In this document: piece after piece, positions 59,388-64,000 of the stretch
Position numbering within the stretch: the first letter of the stretch is position 1
Layout: the number at the start of each line of letters is the position of its first letter
Origin: Gammaproteobacteria bacterium
Lineage (GTDB): Bacteria; Pseudomonadota; Gammaproteobacteria; CBDBNL01; JAAOII01
NCBI GenBank assembly: GCA_965215225.1
Contig: OZ244039.1
Span: 1,725,353-1,789,352, forward strand
DNA: 64,000 nucleotides
Direction: 5' to 3'
The notes under the pieces: generated by a model
Databases searched by the model: none
What the model was told of the DNA's origin: nothing
Seen by the model: only the letters and a program-made list of their open reading frames with translations
Program-made: the position numbers and the translations under genes

Positions 59388-61084
59388 AAAGAAATATCCT
59401 TCGTCGCTGCCAAGATTTTAGTAAGAGCCATTTCACCAGTGACCTGCCCAAACTAATAGAAAGGGTTCTCATAGGTCGCGACATATATAGTGATAAGGAA
59501 ATAGACTTCAGCCTTGCTGGTCTGCCTTCCCCTACTTCTCCCAATGGATTAAAAGATATAGACAAGGCGGCTGCTCTGCTTGCCGATGCTATCATTAATA
59601 AAACAAAGATTGTCATAGTCGCCGATTATGATGTTGATGGCGCTTGCTCGGCCACTTTGGCTATGAAGGTTTTAGCGAAGATGCAAGCGGAGAATCTAAG
59701 GCTCGTCATGCCATCTCGCGCTGATGATGGCTATGGACTTAGTGAGAAACTGGCGCGCAAGGCTATTCTCCCCGAATTACCGGCTCTGGTGATGACAGTG
59801 GATAATGGTATTAAGAGTCATGCAGCTGTCCAACTAATCAAAGATGCCGGCTCACAGGTTCTTATCACAGATCATCACCAGGCGGGTGATAGTCTGCCGC
59901 CAGCCGATGCAATAGTTAATCCCAATCGATTGGACTGCTCCTTCCCAGCAGTTCATTTGGCTGGCGTGGGGGTATGCTTCTATCTCTTATGTCAGCTGCG
60001 TAATCACTTGGTTAAGAAGAACTACTTTCTCTTTCAAGGCATGCTTCCCCCTAAATTAGCAGATTTCTTGGATCTAGTAGCCTTAGGAACAATCGCTGAT
60101 GTGGTGTCAATGGACCGAACCAATCGCATACTGACTGAGCAGGGCTTGCGCCGAATCAGAAGACGGAAGACCTCGGCCGGTATCCTGGCTTTAATTAAAC
60201 AAAAGGACCTTGCCCAGCTTAGCACCGAGGATCTCGCTTTCGGTATCATTCCCTGCCTCAACGCGGTAGGAAGACTAGGCAATATGGAACTAGCTGTTAA
60301 ATGCCTCCTTGCTGAAACAGAAGAAGAAGCCAAAGAGCTGGCAAAAGAAATCTTTGCCTTGAATGAAAGGCGCAAAAAGATAGCAGCCCAAATGAGAGAA
60401 AGCGCAAGAGCACTAGCACAAGAGGATATGGAACAGCCAGCCCTTTGCCTTTATGATGAGAGCTGGCAACTAGGACTAATAGGCCCTCTGGCCGGCTCAC
60501 TTAGAGACATGACGAATCGGCCGGTTATCCTATTTGCCAAGTCCCAAGCGGATATGCTAACTGGTTCAGGCAGATCCTTAGATGGCATATGCATGCATAG
60601 TTTGATACAACAGCTAGAACAAGAAAGACCGGGTCTCATCATAAGATTTGGCGGCCATAGTCGCGCGGTTGGCTTAACCATTGCCGCCAATCACTTTGAC
60701 GAGTTTAAGAAGCTCTATCTTGGTCTGATTGGCAAAGCGCAAATACACCAACCTGAATATCTCACTGACGGCGAACTCAGTCCTGAAGAACTAAATAGCC
60801 AGACCGCTAATTTGCTGGTTAATTTTGCCCCTTGGGGTAAGGACTTCCCCCCGCCTCTCTTTGATGGCGAATTCCAAATAGTCCATCAAAGCATAACACC
60901 CTCCCTGCATCTCAAACTTCAACTAAGATACCGGGATTTTGAACCGCTACTCATCGGATTCAAGTTCCATCACGGCAACTATCCGCTTGACAACCAGCAT
61001 ATTAAACTAGTCTATCGTCTAGCCACCTATCCCCATTCAAATGATTCCTTCTATCTAAAAATAGAACATCTTCAACCTCTATGA
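59384..61084 (+). CDS. recJ: single-stranded-DNA-specific exonuclease RecJ
   Basis: DHH motifs (IVIVADYDVDGACS, DNGIKSHAAV, ITDHHQAGD) and the DHHA1 domain are collinear with E. coli RecJ. The likely start is at 59384 (ATGA overlap with the preceding stop); the ORF track begins at 59363. Confidence 0.85.
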   Translation: MKRNILRRCQDFSKSHFTSDLPKLIERVLIGRDIYSDKEIDFSLAGLPSPTSPNGLKDIDKAAALLADAIINKTKIVIVADYDVDGACSATLAMKVLAKMQAENLRLVMPSRADDGYGLSEKLARKAILPELPALVMTVDNGIKSHAAVQLIKDAGSQVLITDHHQAGDSLPPADAIVNPNRLDCSFPAVHLAGVGVCFYLLCQLRNHLVKKNYFLFQGMLPPKLADFLDLVALGTIADVVSMDRTNRILTEQGLRRIRRRKTSAGILALIKQKDLAQLSTEDLAFGIIPCLNAVGRLGNMELAVKCLLAETEEEAKELAKEIFALNERRKKIAAQMRESARALAQEDMEQPALCLYDESWQLGLIGPLAGSLRDMTNRPVILFAKSQADMLTGSGRSLDGICMHSLIQQLEQERPGLIIRFGGHSRAVGLTIAANHFDEFKKLYLGLIGKAQIHQPEYLTDGELSPEELNSQTANLLVNFAPWGKDFPPPLFDGEFQIVHQSITPSLHLKLQLRYRDFEPLLIGFKFHHGNYPLDNQHIKLVYRLATYPHSNDSFYLKIEHLQPL

Positions 61085-61536
61085 GTTCCTATCGCCCATG
61101 TGTAGCAATGTTGATAATCCACCAAGGAAGGACTCTATTGTTTGAACGAAAAGACCTACCTAACAACTGGCAGTTTCCTCAGGGAGGTATTGAAAGCAAC
61201 GAAACCCCCGAGCAGGCTATGAAAAGAGAACTAGAAGAAGAGATTGGCATTTCAGCAGTCCGCATAATCGCAACCACCAAAGATTTTTTATACTATAGGA
61301 TCCCCCCACAGTATCAACGCTCCCGCCAAAAATATATTGGCCAAAAGCAAAAATGGTTTCTCCTTGCTATGAATGAACCCTTAAGTTCCATTAAATTGGA
61401 TGAAACAAGAGAATTTAGTAACTGGGCTAGGGTCTCCTATTGGCATCCTTTGACCCAAATAGTATCCTTTAAGCAAGAAGTCTATCGCCAGGCACTGGTT
61501 GAACTATTGCCCGCATCCCTCAAAGCTGGCATATGA
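61081..61536 (+). CDS. rppH: RNA pyrophosphohydrolase (Nudix hydrolase, RppH/NudH-like)
   Basis: Nudix box GGIESNETPEQAMKRELEEEIGI (GX5EX7REUXEEXGU), 151 aa. Confidence 0.8.
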   Translation: MSSYRPCVAMLIIHQGRTLLFERKDLPNNWQFPQGGIESNETPEQAMKRELEEEIGISAVRIIATTKDFLYYRIPPQYQRSRQKYIGQKQKWFLLAMNEPLSSIKLDETREFSNWARVSYWHPLTQIVSFKQEVYRQALVELLPASLKAGI

Positions 61537-62127
61537 TTAGCTAGCCAATTTCAATAGACCAAAATAGGTCTGCCCTCTTTTACTCTCTTTATGAAAAACA
61601 AACTGACTGGGTTCTAGTTTCGCCGCCCTCTTAGCATGGGTTTCATAATAGATTAGGGTATTCTCATCAATCAGGGGTTGAGGCAAGTCTTTACTCATAT
61701 AGAGCAGCTCTAAACTCTGGGTCAGATAGTCTAGACTATAGGGTGGGTCTATAAATATCAGGTCCATCTTATGATGCTCCTCGGCTCTTCTCAACCACTT
61801 GAAGGCATCAACACAGAAGATGGCTATTCTATCTTCTAATGATCTTTGGGCATCCCCCAGTGTTTTGAACTGCTTCGACAGATTTGAGCAGGTGCGCCGA
61901 TTCTTTTCTATCAAATAGATTCTTTCAGCACCGCGCGACAATGCTTCCCATCCCAATATACCACTGCCAGCAAAGAGGTCCAAACAATAGCAGCCGCTCA
62001 AATCATTGCCTAACCAGTTGAAGAGAACATCTCTCACTATGGCCGCCGTGGGTCTTATAGGATGATTGCCATCAAACCATATTTTTTTCCGCTGCAGCAT
62101 TCCCCCTTGAACCCGAACATAGGACAT
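61537..62127 (-). CDS. rsmD: 16S rRNA (guanine966-N2)-methyltransferase RsmD
   Basis: LDLFAGSGILGWEALSRGA (SAM binding) and FIDPPY (the DPPY catalytic motif), 196 aa. Confidence 0.8.
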   Translation of the reverse strand: MSYVRVQGGMLQRKKIWFDGNHPIRPTAAIVRDVLFNWLGNDLSGCYCLDLFAGSGILGWEALSRGAERIYLIEKNRRTCSNLSKQFKTLGDAQRSLEDRIAIFCVDAFKWLRRAEEHHKMDLIFIDPPYSLDYLTQSLELLYMSKDLPQPLIDENTLIYYETHAKRAAKLEPSQFVFHKESKRGQTYFGLLKLAS

Positions 62128-62273
62128 GGATTTATATGTTCATATTGGAAATGCCCGGCTAGCAGCCTTCACACACAAACCATAGAACCATAGGTTAAAC
62201 AGAAAACCGGCATTACGCCGGTCTTCCTATCCTGGTCATGAAAGCTGCTTTAATATGTCAATATATCAATATA

Positions 62274-62849
62274 CTAATATATCACCACAGCTCGCCTATT
62301 TTTAGCCCAGGCTTCCTCATTCGCTGCTGGATCAACTGGATCCCACTCTCCATAGCTCACTGTCTCTATGCTATCAGCTGGGATACCCTGCACTCTTAAA
62401 TAGCGACTCACGGCCTCAGCCCGTCTTTGACCCAAAGCATCATTGTATTCAGCTGAGCCTCTTTCATCACAATGTCCCTCAATAATGACAAACACACTGG
62501 GATCGGCTGCTATGGCTTGTTTGATTACTTCAGCATGCTGATCCAGAGCAATATAGGCTTGAGGCATGATAGTGGACTTATCAAAATCAAAGTAGAAAAC
62601 ACTATCAATATCAGGCACTACTGGTTCTAGCGGCACTGGATTTGGAATAAGAACGGCTATAGGCTCTATATCAGGAACCTCAGGTTCTTCAACTACAGGC
62701 TCTGGCTCAGGCTCTGGCTCCACTACGGCAACAGGCTCTGGCTCAGGCTCTGGCTGATCTGGTTCTTCCACTTGTTGTGGCGTAGTTCCGCAAGCAACAA
62801 GAAAGAATAACGAGAACAACAGAACATAAAAAGAATATATTTTTTTCAT
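62274..62849 (-). CDS. OmpA-family peptidoglycan-associated lipoprotein (Pal-like) with a Pro/Glu-rich linker
   Basis: Lipobox LVAC, an EPEPEP linker and a C-terminal OmpA domain (IEGHCDERGSAEYNDALGQRRAEAV). Confidence 0.8.
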   Translation of the reverse strand: MKKIYSFYVLLFSLFFLVACGTTPQQVEEPDQPEPEPEPVAVVEPEPEPEPVVEEPEVPDIEPIAVLIPNPVPLEPVVPDIDSVFYFDFDKSTIMPQAYIALDQHAEVIKQAIAADPSVFVIIEGHCDERGSAEYNDALGQRRAEAVSRYLRVQGIPADSIETVSYGEWDPVDPAANEEAWAKNRRAVVIY

Positions 62850-62968
62850 GGATTACTCCTCATAATTCACATCTATAACATTAATTTATCATCTACACTA
62901 GGCAGATAACTATTATTATAAGGAATTTTGACAAAAAATAAAGTTTTTTTGCCAAAAAAACACATAAA

Positions 62969-63622
62969 TTAATAGTTTATTTCTACCCTTCTATTCTCCT
63001 GCCAGGCTATCTCACCAGACCCTGAACTGGCTGGACGAGTTTCACCATAGCTTATTGATTCAAGTTGTGTAGCTGCAATCCCTTGTAATATCATATAACG
63101 AGTGACACTATCTGCCCTTCTTTGTCCTAGCGCCAGATTATACTCATTACTGCCCCTCTCATCTGTATGTCCCTCAACCCGAATATTAAGAATCTCATTA
63201 GTCAGCGCTAATTCATCCTTAATATCGGCAATAATCCGGTCCAGCGTTGTCCGTCCATCTAGAGCCAAGAATGCACTATCAAAATCAAAATAAATGACTA
63301 TTCGTGACTCTCTATTCCTACCTAGATAACTACTAATCACACTTTGCTCAGCCGCCCTGATAAATGGATCATCAAAATCTTCAAAATCATCCAGCGTCTC
63401 TACTTCTTCTTCGCTCACTGGGGTTGCTGATTCTTCTATGATAGTTACCAATCCTTCTTCCTCAACATCTGCCTCTTCACTAACTTCTTCAACAGCATCT
63501 GCAGAATCTGGAGAATCTGGAGATCCTGGAGATTCTGAAGGAGTAGAGGCACAGGAAACATATAGGGTGGAAATTCCTATAACCAACACCAGCTTGATAA
63601 ATAAATCATCAATCATAAGCAT
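62969..63622 (-). CDS. OmpA-family lipoprotein (second Pal-like paralog)
   Basis: Lipobox YVSC, an acidic linker and an OmpA domain (VEGHTDERGSNEYNLALGQRRADSV). Confidence 0.8.
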   Translation of the reverse strand: MLMIDDLFIKLVLVIGISTLYVSCASTPSESPGSPDSPDSADAVEEVSEEADVEEEGLVTIIEESATPVSEEEVETLDDFEDFDDPFIRAAEQSVISSYLGRNRESRIVIYFDFDSAFLALDGRTTLDRIIADIKDELALTNEILNIRVEGHTDERGSNEYNLALGQRRADSVTRYMILQGIAATQLESISYGETRPASSGSGEIAWQENRRVEINY

Positions 63623-63779
63623 TATTCTATATTAAATATTATTACACGAAGCCTTAACTTTCAACAGCTTTCTACAAAGAATTATATAGATAACTTAGCA
63701 AAATACCAGCAAAATAGAATAGATTATTTGGCAAATTCCTATATCCAACTCTCATAAATTTCGCTTATAGAATTCAGTC

Positions 63780-64000
63780 AAAGCAAGTCATCAGCTGTCA
63801 GTTGTCAATTTAAGGAGGGAAGCGGCTCTTCTAAACATCAACAAATCAAACAAAGAACTAAGTTGTCAGTTTAAGGAGGGAAGCAGCTCTTCTAAACAGA
63901 AGCTGGCCCAAGCCAATACTAGCGTCATCAGTTTGTGGGGGAAAGCAGCTGGTCTAAATGGGCTTGGTTTAGTTGGGGTTTGCCATTAACCAAAGACCAC
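63780..64000. repeat. beginning of another array of the 66-bp repeat family plus the 3' end of a fourth GLUG-lipoprotein paralog (minus strand), running off the window
   Basis: gttgtcagtttaaggagggaagcagctcttctaaaca units. The terminal ...ggtttgccattaaccaaagaccac matches the reverse complement of the C-terminal coding sequence seen at 46996-47060. Confidence 0.6.

Overview
This window looks like a chromosomal segment of a low-GC (about 40-45%) gammaproteobacterium-like genome. Housekeeping operons are intact: lptD (5' end, partial) and a TolC-like OMP; parE; clpB; a TRAP transporter dctPQM with two duplicated TAXI-type binding-protein genes; sdhCDAB-orf-sucAB; mpl; qor; parB-parA-rsmG; hisDC; dapA-bamC-like-purC; ansA-like; recJ-rppH; rsmD; two Pal/OmpA lipoproteins; and one tRNA-Ser(UGA). 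Between these genes the sequence carries an unusual density of tandem repeats and lineage-specific insertions.
The most notable are:
(1) a tandemly triplicated cassette encoding a stand-alone ABC/AAA_21-type ATPase plus a small TOPRIM-like (AbiLii/RloB- or DUF4435-like) protein, a split OLD-family architecture as in AbiL/PARIS. It sits where sucCD would be expected downstream of sucB. Two of the three copies are preceded by 8-bp GATGARRG microsatellite arrays.
(2) a family of at least three (plus one at the window edge) paralogous lipoproteins with thrombospondin-type-3 calcium-binding repeats and GLUG repeats. Each is followed by a roughly 1.6-kb array of 66-bp tandem repeats, and poly-T tracts lie in the promoters.
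(3) a roughly 680-bp high-GC (about 66%) island carrying a DUF2461 gene. It is inserted inside a tandem array of chimeric parB-3'/qor-5' junction repeats and is translationally coupled to a qor-derived leader peptide.
Other features are a 15-bp x about 85 array abutting clpB, 9-bp repeats that create multiple in-frame AUGs at sucB, a 150-bp x4 amplification of a divergent promoter, inverted roughly 190-bp repeat elements bracketing an AT-rich orphan DNA methyltransferase and parE, and a segmental duplication of the TAXI gene. All functional calls come from reading the motifs in the sequence; no database searches were possible.
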